A program made the position numbers and the translations under genes. The notes beneath the pieces were generated by a model. The model made no database searches and was not told the origin of the DNA. It saw nothing but the letters and a program-made list of their open reading frames with translations. A stretch of 64,000 nt of DNA from Enoplolaimus lenunculus (lineage: Eukaryota). The stretch is taken from assembly GCA_030248215.1 (NCBI GenBank), contig JASANG010002509.1:372001-436000 (forward strand). Direction: 5' to 3'. Below are positions 40,203 to 55,317 of the stretch, one piece after another; position 1 is the first letter of the stretch; every line of letters begins with the position of its first letter.

Positions 40203-43200
40203 CCTGTTACGATCGGAAAAACAACTGATGTGACGGGGATTCTACAAACCGCAAGTACTCAACGGTACACTATTACTCCGATATCATCAACGACACAGCC
40301 GTATCATAACGGATTGAAAGGTAAGACGAAATCAAATTTGTGTGCACTTCACAACAATTTCTGCAAGTTTTGTCCAAAATCCCATTTCCAGCTTCTTTAA
40401 TTTTATAATATAGATATTTAAATAAATTGTAGGCAATCCTCATGCGATGTGTCTTGACGACAGTATTATGCTCATTGCAACCGCATGGTTTCCGTTTACT
40501 GGCAAAATATTCGCCAAAGGACGTGAAAACATTGCCAGTTGCGTTCATATCGTTTCAACGCCAATTCAAATTATCAACGTCACGTTTCCGTACGAACAAT
40601 GCGGAACTAAAATTGAAAGTGAAAAGGTGAGACTTGTGTGTAGTACTGAATCCTAGTGGACTTCGCCAAATTCGCCGTGTTTTTGGTTGTTTACATTAAA
40701 TTTTACCACAGCACATACAGTTTAAGAGTCGTGTTACAACCACCGTGCCTTTAAGCCAAAACTGTCCGTCGCACTTGATGCACGGTTAATGCACGCTGGA
40801 GCGGGGCCTTAACTGGGCCTCAAATGTGCCGAACAGATATACCGCACGGCATATCCTGTTAACGAGTGATAACAACAACATTAAAACATAACCACAGCAG
40901 GTTTATTCTTTATAAAATTTTAACACACCACGTGCCAGTTTTTTTTCAAGCTCCACAGTTTTTGAGGCTAGTCAGAAACCAAAGGTTGGTCGTTCTGGGA
41001 CCGTGGTACAATTCAGTTGTAGGACGGCTTATTGTGTTTCTGATATAGAAAAGCGCACTGCTAAACTTGCTTCAAGCGTGTGGTGCACTCGGACATCGCT
41101 GTCATGCTGTGTACGTGACTCAAAATCTCGTCTCGTGCAGAACTCATGCTATTGCACTCGTTCCACATTTGTGCGTGCACTCGTTCTTTATTCACTTGCA
41201 CAGCAAGAACTGGGTCAACAAAAAAGTTTAATGCTTTTACTCTATTGCTTTCCCACGGAAAAAAGATCTATCCCTGAGCTGTATGTATATATGGGGCAAA
41301 ATCTTATTCCGAGAACTGTGAGACAGAAAGGATCAGAAACATAGTGCGGCGTGCCAGGACACTACACTGCAAAAAATGGTGAGTCAAATTGACTCTCCCC
41401 GAAATAGGCTTTTCCGGACTCAAGAAACTGAGTCAAAATTCGACTCCGCCAGAGTCAAATTTGACTCACTGAGCGACGCATTAAGTCGAATTTGACTCCG
41501 GCGGAGTCAAATAATTGACTCAGTTTGTGTAGTCCGGAAAAGCCTATTTCGGAGAGAGTCAATTTGACTCACCATTTTTTGCAGTGTATGGTTTTATATA
41601 CGTATTTAACATTGTAGTACCTTCGATCAATGTACCAAGTCGAAATTATTCTCCAATTCCACGAGTCAATAATCAATACACATACAGTACAGTCGTTCAT
41701 AGCGCGATGTACAAGTCAAAAGATCGAATACGAAACAACTGATCTAGCGCAACGAATAACTGACGGATTGGAAGAGTAATGTTATATTTTTTGGCTTTAT
41801 ATAAGAATTAGGTTCATTTTTCCGCACAGGAAACCAACTACTGCCGCAAGGAGAACACCAGTCTCCTACGGTCAGTGGTTACACCCGTCCTATTGATCGA
41901 AAGTTTATTTTTCAACTATACATTGAAATATTAATTTTACGCTAAAAAGTTTTACTGAATTCTTCTTGTTCTCACTACCAACAATCACTGGTTACTGGGT
42001 TGTTGCCGTCAAAACAGGGGGTCGGAGCAGCCACCCCCAAAAATGCGTCTGGCTTGTCGCTCGCTTTACTCATTGCTATCAGAGACAGATTTAGAAAAAA
42101 TTTAAGAGGGTTCCAAAATTATACTTTGCTATCAAAAAACGTTCATAGTTACCCACAGTGCCACTCTGTATCCGTTCCTACGCCATAGGTTTTGTGTGTT
42201 AGTATTTCTCCGGCAAACTATCACTACTACATATTGTTATTGTAATTTTATGTATTTAGGCTCAATATCAAACCCATATTCCTTGAACAACGTGCCGCAA
42301 TGCCGCAATGTTTGATGAGAATCGTTCCTGAATCGGATACAGAACAATATGGACCATTGGACAGTGATCCTATTGCGGATGCGTATATTGGACAAAAACT
42401 ACGAATTGAATGGAGTTTAATGCCAGTATCAGGTATAAATAATAATGGCCAATGTTTACTTTTATAGGGGCGTAAAACATTAAGCGTATTTCTAAGCCTA
42501 AGCCTAAGCGATGCAAAATTGTGTTCTTAAGCCTAAGCCTAAGCCTAAGCCTAAGCAAAAAAAGTAATCTAGAATCTAACCGACTCTTTTCAGGCCCGAA
42601 CCAGAAACCTGCCCCCCCCCTAATAGTAACATGGACCATAATGATTATCAATGGAAATGATATTACTTCAGCGAAACTAAACATTGGTATCAGTAGAAAA
42701 ATGGCTAAACCATTTGCCAACTGGTCAGCCGGACCGTGACCGATGCATAGAACCAAAACGGGTCTAATTTCGTAATTTTACTTTTGGTAACAAAATAATT
42801 TTTCAACGAAATGATCTTGTAAGGTACACGATTACAGGGTAATTATTGATAAAAAGCCTATGAGAGATTTGCGACAAAAAACATTGTTGTCTATCGATCA
42901 GGTTTCAAATGCAACAAACTATTTTTGGTTGTTTTCTTTGTTTCTATGTTCAGCGAATAAATACCGGTTGATTTTGATGCGCACAAAATCGCGGTGCTTT
43001 TAGCTGTTGAAATGAGACTGTTTTTAAGTTTTCGACTATCAACATCTGTGAGACCATGTCTGTAAGCAAAATTTTTTTCCGTTTAAGATGCGTACGGATT
43101 TTTGATCCGAAACTGTTCCGTGATTGACTCGTTAACTGGACGATCGTATCAAGTCATCGATAACAAAGGGTATATTTGCTAAATAGACATTGTGTTTAGT

Positions 43201-46200
43201 TTTAGACGAAGCGACTTGTGTATATCACGGATTCGCTATATGTAAATCCATAGAAGATTCATGCACTCTGATCATAAGCTATATATATATATTCGTAAAT
43301 AGGGAGTGCACTGCAAAAAATGATGAGTCAAATTGTCTCTCTTCGAAATAGGCTCTACGGGACTACACAAACTGAGTCAAATTCCACAACACCAGTCCAA
43401 TCCTAGTCACTGAGTGTCGAATTTGTCTCACCATTTTTTGTAGTGTGAGTTCAATTGATTTATATAAATTACGTCAAACAAGATGAGAGATGTTGAAATT
43501 TTTTTCGTGCATTGGAAATCAGTAAAGCAGAGACAAGAACGCGTCTCTTACAAATTTTCCCCACTCAAGTTTTGAATTAGGGTTAGGCTGAATTTAACGG
43601 TTAGGTTTTGCGAAACGGCTTTCCTAAGCCTAAACCTAATGTTTGCCTGAGCCTATACGCCTGAACCTAAGCTTAACGTTAAATGTGCGGTGGAAAGTAT
43701 ACAGAGCAGAAAAAATGTTTTCACTATGAAATCATGCGAACTAAGCATAGTTTCGACAGTGCTATAGACTGGAGTATAATTTCATTCATACATTACGTCT
43801 TCTCACTCTGGAACTTAGGCTTTAGCCTTAGGCTTCTAACTATTACACTGCAAAAAATGATGAGACAAATTGACTCCCTCTGAAATAGGCTTTTCCTGAC
43901 TACACAAACTGAGTCAAAATGCAAACTCCGCCAGAGTCAATATGACGTGAATTTGACTCAAGCGGAGTCGAATTTGACCCAGTTTGTGGAGTCTTCTAGA
44001 GCATATTTCGGAGAGAGTCAATTTGACTTACCATTTTTTGCAGTGTACATCAAGTATGCGTTTGTTGTTTTATGGATTATAATTGCAGATGTTCAAGCGA
44101 TATTAACCTTCTCGGTCATCCACATTACGATATATACCATGACCTTGCAATCGTACATTGGCATGCATTTAAAGTGCCGGACAATTCACGTCTTGCAATC
44201 AAGTGTAGCTGCCAAGTGTGTATCGATATTGAGGACCATAATGGGAACCGCGCTTGCGACAGTTTACCAACAGTAAGTGCATTTTACAGGCGATCCGTAG
44301 TTTTGCCAGCGCGTCGTTTGACCATGCGATAGATCACAGTTCAACCAGTGTCAGCTGTCAAATCAAAAGAAAGCTTAATTGTGAATACTACTTATTGTAT
44401 TGTAAATGTGACACTTGGCTTATAAAACAACGGTGTGCTTGTTATTTTGGTTACTTTCCTGGTAAAAATGAAAACTACTGGTAATAGTTTCAATTGCCAG
44501 TTTAGAAGGCAACCAACAAAACACACCCGAAATCTACAACCGTTTGCTTTGTGGTTGAATGGGAACAAACCCTACCGTAGTGTAGTGGCTCGAAAACGAC
44601 TCTTGGGACCAAATAAAGTTAAGTTCGAAACTATAAAGCGTACTTAAGTTTTGAAAGTACCTGCCAAAATGAGCCGGATGCGACCTCTGGTTGAAAGTAC
44701 CCTGATATATACACCTCAGTCCTGCCCAAAAGAGTGAATGACATAAGATATGGGTGTTAGGTCCAACTAAAGCAAAAGCCGGCGGAGGGCGGCTTAAAAA
44801 TTTAGAACAGTCCGTAACCGAACAACATGGGGGTACCTTCTGTACAGGCCAAATAAATATCAACCCCCCTCTTATTCTGCTTACTACAATACGCATTGAA
44901 ATTAATTTATATATAATGAATATGCCAGGCATAATATATACGGGTGCAACCGGAATTCCGGTTCCGGCATTTTTTCACCTTCCGGTTCCGGTAAATTGTA
45001 ATTCCGGTTGCACCCTGATATAGTATATAGACAAATAAATATATTTTGTAAGTATATACATATATATATACATACTGTGAGCTGAACTAAAAACCGTTTT
45101 TTGTGCCATTTTAGCCTCCATTTTGTCCACAATTTCAAAAAGTTAACTTGTCACAAAACAGTCTATACTTCAAATTCCAACGCGATATTATTGATTCAGC
45201 TGCGGCCGCTGCAGCACAATCAGGTGATTCGACTGCGGTTGAAAACTCGGATTCAATGAACGTTGCAACTGCGATTCAAGTGTTCGATGAAAAAGACCAA
45301 ATTCCTCCACACGCGTTGAATGAACTGAAACGTAAGCAGAACACCGAAATTTGAATCTGTATTCACGGCATTTTAAACTGGACAAGTGTTTACAAGTTAG
45401 AATATTTAAAAATTTTAAAATGTATTCGGCGAAATATTTCTTCATCTCATCGGCAATTGTTAACGGCCGTCGTCGTAGTGAACGACATTATATTCATTTA
45501 ATCCGTATGATTTAGCAGGTTTTGACGCTACACATAACGCTCCGCGCTTACTTGAATGGGCCAATGTAGAGAACAGGGACGGAACAGTATTATAAGCATA
45601 TTCCTAAGCTTAAGCCTAAGTGTAAGAATGAGCATATTCCTGCGTGTAAACATAAGCCTAAGCCAAGCCAAAAAAATAGTCTAAAGCTTAAGCTCAGGTA
45701 CTCTATTGCAGTACCACAGAAAAACGTTCCACCCTTGATCTTTACATGGACCTTTGAATGCAACACTAAATCAAATTCGTACAAAATAAATGCAACAAAA
45801 TCAACAACCAATCATCGTTTCCAAAATACTTCAGATTTCACACTTCTGCAGGTGAATATTTGTTACTCGTGTCGTACTGAAACGATTTTTTTCTGTCAAT
45901 TTACAATTAATTAACACCAATTACACACAAAAAAAGTATTTCTGAATTTATTCAGAAAAGTGTTTTCTGTGGCAAATCTGAAAAGTTTTGCTGATATTTA
46001 AGACAATTTTTCTAAAAATAACTGGAAAACGTTAACTTTCAGACTTTATTTCAAAACGTTTTTTGAAAACATTTCTGTTATAACAGAAATACTTTTCAAG
46101 TGCACCTTGCTAATCATATTTTTCAAATGTAAGAAATTTTTTCTTAAATATCACAAATATTCTTTTGAGTGTACTTTCAGGAACCGCTGCACGACACGTC

Positions 46201-47019
46201 ATTACCCAAAAACCACCGATAGGAACATTTTGTATGACGCAATTTAGTTTCTCAATCTTTGTCACCATCGACGTCTTCCTGTTTACAGTATCAGCCGCGC
46301 TTTGTATAGCGATTTATTTTCTTCGCCATTCGTGTCGAAAACGTGGATACGCATCTTACCATCCCGCGAAAGCTCGAGGAACATCACCCGTGTACGGCGA
46401 AGGGGCATACTTTGAACTCACTGATACGCAGTTGTCTTCGGAAACAACGTGTAATTCCTCACACACAGACATCAATGCATCAACCCAAGACGGAACCATC
46501 AATTGCCAACCTGACATATCACCACAAACACGGCTAAGGACTGATAACGCCCGGACAAGCCGAAAACCTTGTCTTACAGTCCGCACAAACGGCGTTTCAA
46601 TGCTAGAACTGTCGTGTCCAAACGTCTACGAACCGGACATGCAGCTTAAGTCGGAACCGGTACTAACTTCGTGTCCTGCCAGGTCAGTAAATTCGAAACC
46701 ACCCAGCGCAGTAAAACAGCGCAAAGTTAGAGCTAAACGAACGCACACCGGTAGTATACTGCAAAATAACAGCGAAATCAAAATCCGAATGGCACTGAAC
46801 AACGGAAGTCGTTATCCTCTGAGACGGATCCAATCTGACTTGGGTCACAAGACGATACAAAAACCACCACGGAACTGCAGTTCTCTATTGTCGACTCTGA
46901 CAGATAACAGGTGTGATCAACGAGGACTAACCGTCTACCGCGTAACTGGAAACGGTCATCAGCGTAAGCTTGGAGGAAAACGAATAACACGAACGCCAAG
47001 AATTTTTGCTGTTTCTTGA
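36125..47019 (+). CDS. Cuticlin-like ZP-domain membrane protein with large Thr-rich mucin region (~1817 aa)
   Basis: Exons 36125-36193 (signal-peptide start MTSVWDKRSFGKKIGLLMATCMA), 36783-40320, 40433-40626, 41618-41775, 42260-42432, 43088-43169, 44089-44272, 45115-45331, 46181-47019; total 5454 nt, in frame. Cuticlin-type ZP motifs: GNPHAMC..F.GKIFAKG..C..FPYEQCG, MPQC.MRI..IGQKLRIEW, YGFLIRNC.V..VIDNKGCSSD, HAFKVPD...I.C.CQVC. A hydrophobic TM segment (FSFSIFVTIDVFLFTVSAALCIAIYFL) is followed by basic residues. Confidence 0.9.
38990..40205 (+). repeat. Coding (ACA)n-rich low-complexity tract encoding poly-Thr mucin
   Basis: Near-pure (ACA)n at ~39648-39716 and ~40140-40201; an 18-nt TKTTTP repeat at ~39300-39375. 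Confidence 0.95.
41365..41586. mobile_element. EnSpm/CACTA-like palindromic MITE
   Basis: TA-CACTGCAAAAAATGGTGAGTC...GACTCACCATTTTTTGCAGTG-TA, almost fully self-complementary. Siblings at 32173-32377, 43309-43445 (TG TSD) and 43846-44045. Confidence 0.88.
42447..42637. mobile_element. Merlin-like MITE with (GCCTAA)n
   Basis: GGCCAATG...CATGGACC termini; TSD ATAATAAT/ATAATGAT; perfect (GCCTAA)4 at ~42531-42554. Confidence 0.8.
44941..45017. mobile_element. Minimal (~76 bp) hAT-like MITE
   Basis: gggtgcaaccggaatt...aattccggttgcaccctg; only the two ends of the 6492/14249 family remain. Confidence 0.8.
45559..45752. mobile_element. Merlin-like MITE
   Basis: GGCCAATG...CATGGACC termini; TSD CTTGAATG/TTTGAATG; degenerate GCCTAA repeats. 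Confidence 0.78.
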
Positions 47020-47612
47020 ACACTAAAAATCGAACTACTTACCAAAAACGTGACAGAAATGAATATGTTTCACCGGATGGTTTCGGATATCAACAAACAT
47101 CTGGCCACATCGGTCGCATACGCCGTTTGATAGCTGTTAACAAGAGATTGGTGTGCGTCCTGAGCGGAACATTGGCCAACTAGCAAACAGGAAAAACTAT
47201 ATAATTTGACATTTACAGAAGTTCTGCTTATGCTCATCATACACCTTTTAAAAATTTTGGACCAGTGTTGGAATTCGATGAAGCCCAAGTATACAACTCA
47301 GCCATAAGTTGGACACCACGGGTAGCGTACGAAGTATTAACTATGACCGGATTTTGATGCAATTTTATACATATAGTATATGGCAAATTATGCTAATATC
47401 TCTTGGAAATTGTCTGACTGAATGTTTCAGAATAGACAACCAAACGTATTCGTAACAAGTATTGCAACATAAGACATGCTATATTCATGCCGTACCAATT
47501 TTTATTTAGGCAGCACCTTACTTAATATTCTGTATGCCCAACGCGTGTTCGCTAATTTGGTGAACGTAACCAATCCGAAAACTTTACGTTCGTTTTATCT
47601 ATATCATGACCG

Positions 47613-49295
47613 GGCCAACGCATAGCACAAGGGCTTCCCATTTTTAAGTGGGACAACTTATAACCATGAGTGCAGCGCAGCCACCACTCCTGTATGACCG
47701 CTAGGAATTCCGCTATGGTTTGGAACGAAAAATTACAAGCATAATTTTGGCTGAAACTGGAAAAGTGGAAAATTCAGACGCATGAACATTCCCTAGTTCG
47801 GTATGGCAAGTGAGAGGTTTAGGCGAGGTTTGGAAACCAGAAAAACTTGAAAAGTTCAACGTATAGGTTTTCTCTGGGTCTGGTAGAGTAGGAATGGTTT
47901 GGTTGCTTTTTATCTGAAAAATTGTGATGTGCGGTTTAGTTTGGAAAACGGAAAAAGTCGAAAAAGGAGAAAATTCATGTGTTGGTATGATTCCTTTTAG
48001 GTTTGTAGGGAAATTTGGAGGTGTAGGCGATTTTTCAAAAACGGGAAAAGCGGAAAAGTTAAACGAATAGGCTTTCTCTATGTCTGATAGGGAAGGAACA
48101 GCTTGATTGGTCTGGCTTGTGAATTGGGATGTGTGGTTTGGTTCGAAAAAAAGGAAAGTTCGAAAAGTGAAAAATTGAAGCAGTAGGCAAAGTTAGACGT
48201 GTTGACGAGGTTCGGAAAAGGGGAAGAGTGAAAATTTTGAACGCTTGTTTTCACGCAGTTTGGTAGGCAAATCTGAAGCATAGGTTTTGTTTGGTTAAAC
48301 CTTAAGCGTAGGTTTTGTTTGGAAAACGGAAAAATATTGAACTTTTCTGTTTTGCAAACAAATTTTACGCTTCCAATGTTCCCTACAAAACATGAGAATG
48401 TCTAGGTGTTTGAATTCCGGCAATTTTGTAGTTTTGCTTGGCACTACGCAAATGTGGGGTGGGTAAACTTACTTGTAAAATAAAATGTTTTGTTTTCCTG
48501 TTTTAAAACTAGTTACTAGTGCGAAAATTTTTTGTCACTTTTTCGTTACTTTTATCAGCCCACCTGGACTCTTTACTATTTGAAGAGATACTGAGCAGAA
48601 TCAAGCCCCTGCACTAAGCATTTTATTATTGAAACCGCTAAAATTGCTGAAAAAGTTTTGAACATTTTGGTACTTCGTAAGAACCGCTTAGTGCAGAGGG
48701 CTTGGGGGCGACAGACCCCTATCCTGCTTAGTATTCCTTCAAATCACTGGCGGCGGGTCCCACAATTTCTCTCAATGAACGTGAAAGATTTTGAGAGTAG
48801 TTTTTCACTGTGTGTGTGGAGTTTTTCATTGTGTGGGGGGAGTTTTTTATTGTGGGGGTGAAGGGAGGGGCGGCAACCCACCCATCCTGCTTAGCATCCC
48901 TTCAAATCACAGGGAGGGTCCCACAATTTGTCTTAATATACAAAAAGATTGTGGGGGGAAAAAACTACAAAAGTGTTTGAATCCTATAAGTTTTAAGTTT
49001 TCCACTTTTCATGTTTTCCCAACAAAATCTACTTCATACTTTTCCTACTTTATCAAGAAAACCTATACGTTTTAAATTTTATACTTTTCCAGTTTTCCAA
49101 ACAAACTTTTACACTACAAGTTTTCTCTGCCGAACTAGGGAATATACAGGCTTACTTACGAATCTTCTACTTTTCCAGTTTTCCCAACCAAACTTGCTTG
49201 TGACTTTTCCTACCAAACCAGCATGTCTGCGCTACACTCCTGGTCGTAAATTTTCGCCTTTGGAACACAGGAAGCCCCTGTGCCATACATTGGCC
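47613..49295. mobile_element. 1.7-kb non-autonomous foldback element, Merlin-like termini
   Basis: TIR ggccaacgcatagcacaagggcttcc / ggaagcccctgtgccatacattggcc; TSD CATGACCG/CATGATCG. The arms consist of degenerate GGAAAA-rich (left) and TTTTCC-rich (right) repeats. Confidence 0.8.
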
Positions 49296-50207
49296 CATGA
49301 TCGCTAGAACTCTTAAAATTTTACACTGTAAAGCGGAAACCGTTAGTTAAACACGGAAAATTTCCGGCCACGGCACTCTCTGACCTATAGTTTGGCTTAT
49401 AGTGAGATTTTTAGCGTCTCCGATTGCTCTATGGAACAAATAATTAATGCAACTAAACTATGCCGCAACGCCAGCTACGACCATCCAAAATTAACTACAT
49501 AAGTAATTTGACAATAATTGCCACCTGATGCTCTCAAAACAATAAAACACGTGCAAAGTTTTATTTAAAAATAACACCAATTATTAATAAGCATAGCATT
49601 AACGATAGATTACTATCTTTACATGGCTGGTTCTACAATATACAACATATACGACATTGATACGAAGTTCAACTGCACAAAAATGTAATATTTTCCCACT
49701 CGTGCACTCTTTATACTGAAAACTACCAATTTAGACATTAATGGGTTTATAAAACTCGTACAATCACGTCTTTAAAGTTTAAAACATAAACTTGTTATAT
49801 TCAAGAAATTATTTTTTATGAATTTATAAGACACAAAAAACGTATTTTGAATTTCGAACTTTCGATTCTGAAAAATTTAAAAGTGGAATTCAAGACATAT
49901 TTCGACAGTTACTGCTAAAGACATCAATTTCTGAAATTTCAGTTACTATTTTAAATCAGCTTTTAGCAGAAAATGAAATATGAAAACCCTTTAAGTCAAT
50001 AGAAGTCAGAAAAATATTAAGAACATCTCATTCTAGCGCACTTACCGTCTAGTAATAGCAAACTTCAGCGTAAAATTATCTTACCCTCATGTATACATGA
50101 TCCGACATTCAAAACCGGGTTTTCAGTCACACCGTCACTACTGGGACGCATCTCAGCCAGCTGACTGTGAAACGATTGTGCTTCAAATTCGCCCGCACCC
50201 TGTAGAT

Positions 50208-51003
50208 CTGGCTTCTCCACAGCGGGGGGCGGGGGGGCCAGCACTTTTCGAAATTTTCATTTTCCCCCCGGCGAAAATTTTGCCGCCCTCGGAAAGGCCT
50301 CCCGGCGAATTTTTGGCCGCCCCCAGCAAAATGCCCCCAGCAATGTTTTCTGCTGGGGCCCCCAGGATTTTTCTAGGCCAAAAATTTTCAATGTTAAAAC
50401 GTAAAGACCTGGACTTCTTTTGAGGCGGACATTCGGCAAAATATGAGTTTATATTACGCTGAGTACTCATAATTTTTTAATAGCGTTACAAATACCCGTA
50501 GTAACTAGTACAATTCAATAATGAACTGAAAAAACACAATGATACAAAGACCGTTTCAGGGCATACAGCATTCGAAAGTACCTTGCAGCAGCAAGTTCAA
50601 TCCGCCTGAGCCTTATGATAAACTGAAGCTGTGATTAATATATAAAATATATATTAATCACAGTTTCAATTATAGATGATCTGTATTTTATATAATTGTG
50701 CTTCTTTCAACTTCTGGTTAAGTTGTCAGCAATATTAGTTAAAATTATTGTTATTACCGTTTGCGAGGAATTTTTGTCATGTTCAGCGATGAGTAATCTT
50801 CAGTTGAGTTGGAAACACGGTCTGGAATAAAAATGGTCCAAAAAGTCAGTTTGCAAAATTTTAAGCCTGCCACCCAGGACCCCCCAGATCGTCTGGGGGC
50901 CCCAGGAGAACTGCCCCCCAACAAAATCAGCTGCCCCCCAGGAAACTCCTGGGGCCCCAGGAAACGCCCCCGGGCGGAAATTTTCAAGCTGTGGAGAAGC
51001 CAG
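50208..51003. mobile_element. 796-bp non-autonomous TIR element just downstream of the KRR1 stop
   Basis: Perfect 17-bp TIR CTGGCTTCTCCACAGC / GCTGTGGAGAAGCCAG-type ends; TAGAT on both flanks; GC-rich CCCCCAG sub-terminal repeats. Confidence 0.85.
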
Positions 51004-51077
51004 TAGATTATGAAATAATTACTTCTCACGTGGATCGTTAAACTGATAAACACAGCAAGTTTCAAAATAAAACCAAG

Positions 51078-55291
<4,214 letters not shown>

Positions 55292-55317
55292 TCAAATATA
55301 ATCCCTATAAAAATATG

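Noticed and set aside
41830..41870. Exon-like 41-nt segment in a ZP gene intron
   Set aside because: The best donor gives a frameshift, and the neighbouring exons join in frame without it.
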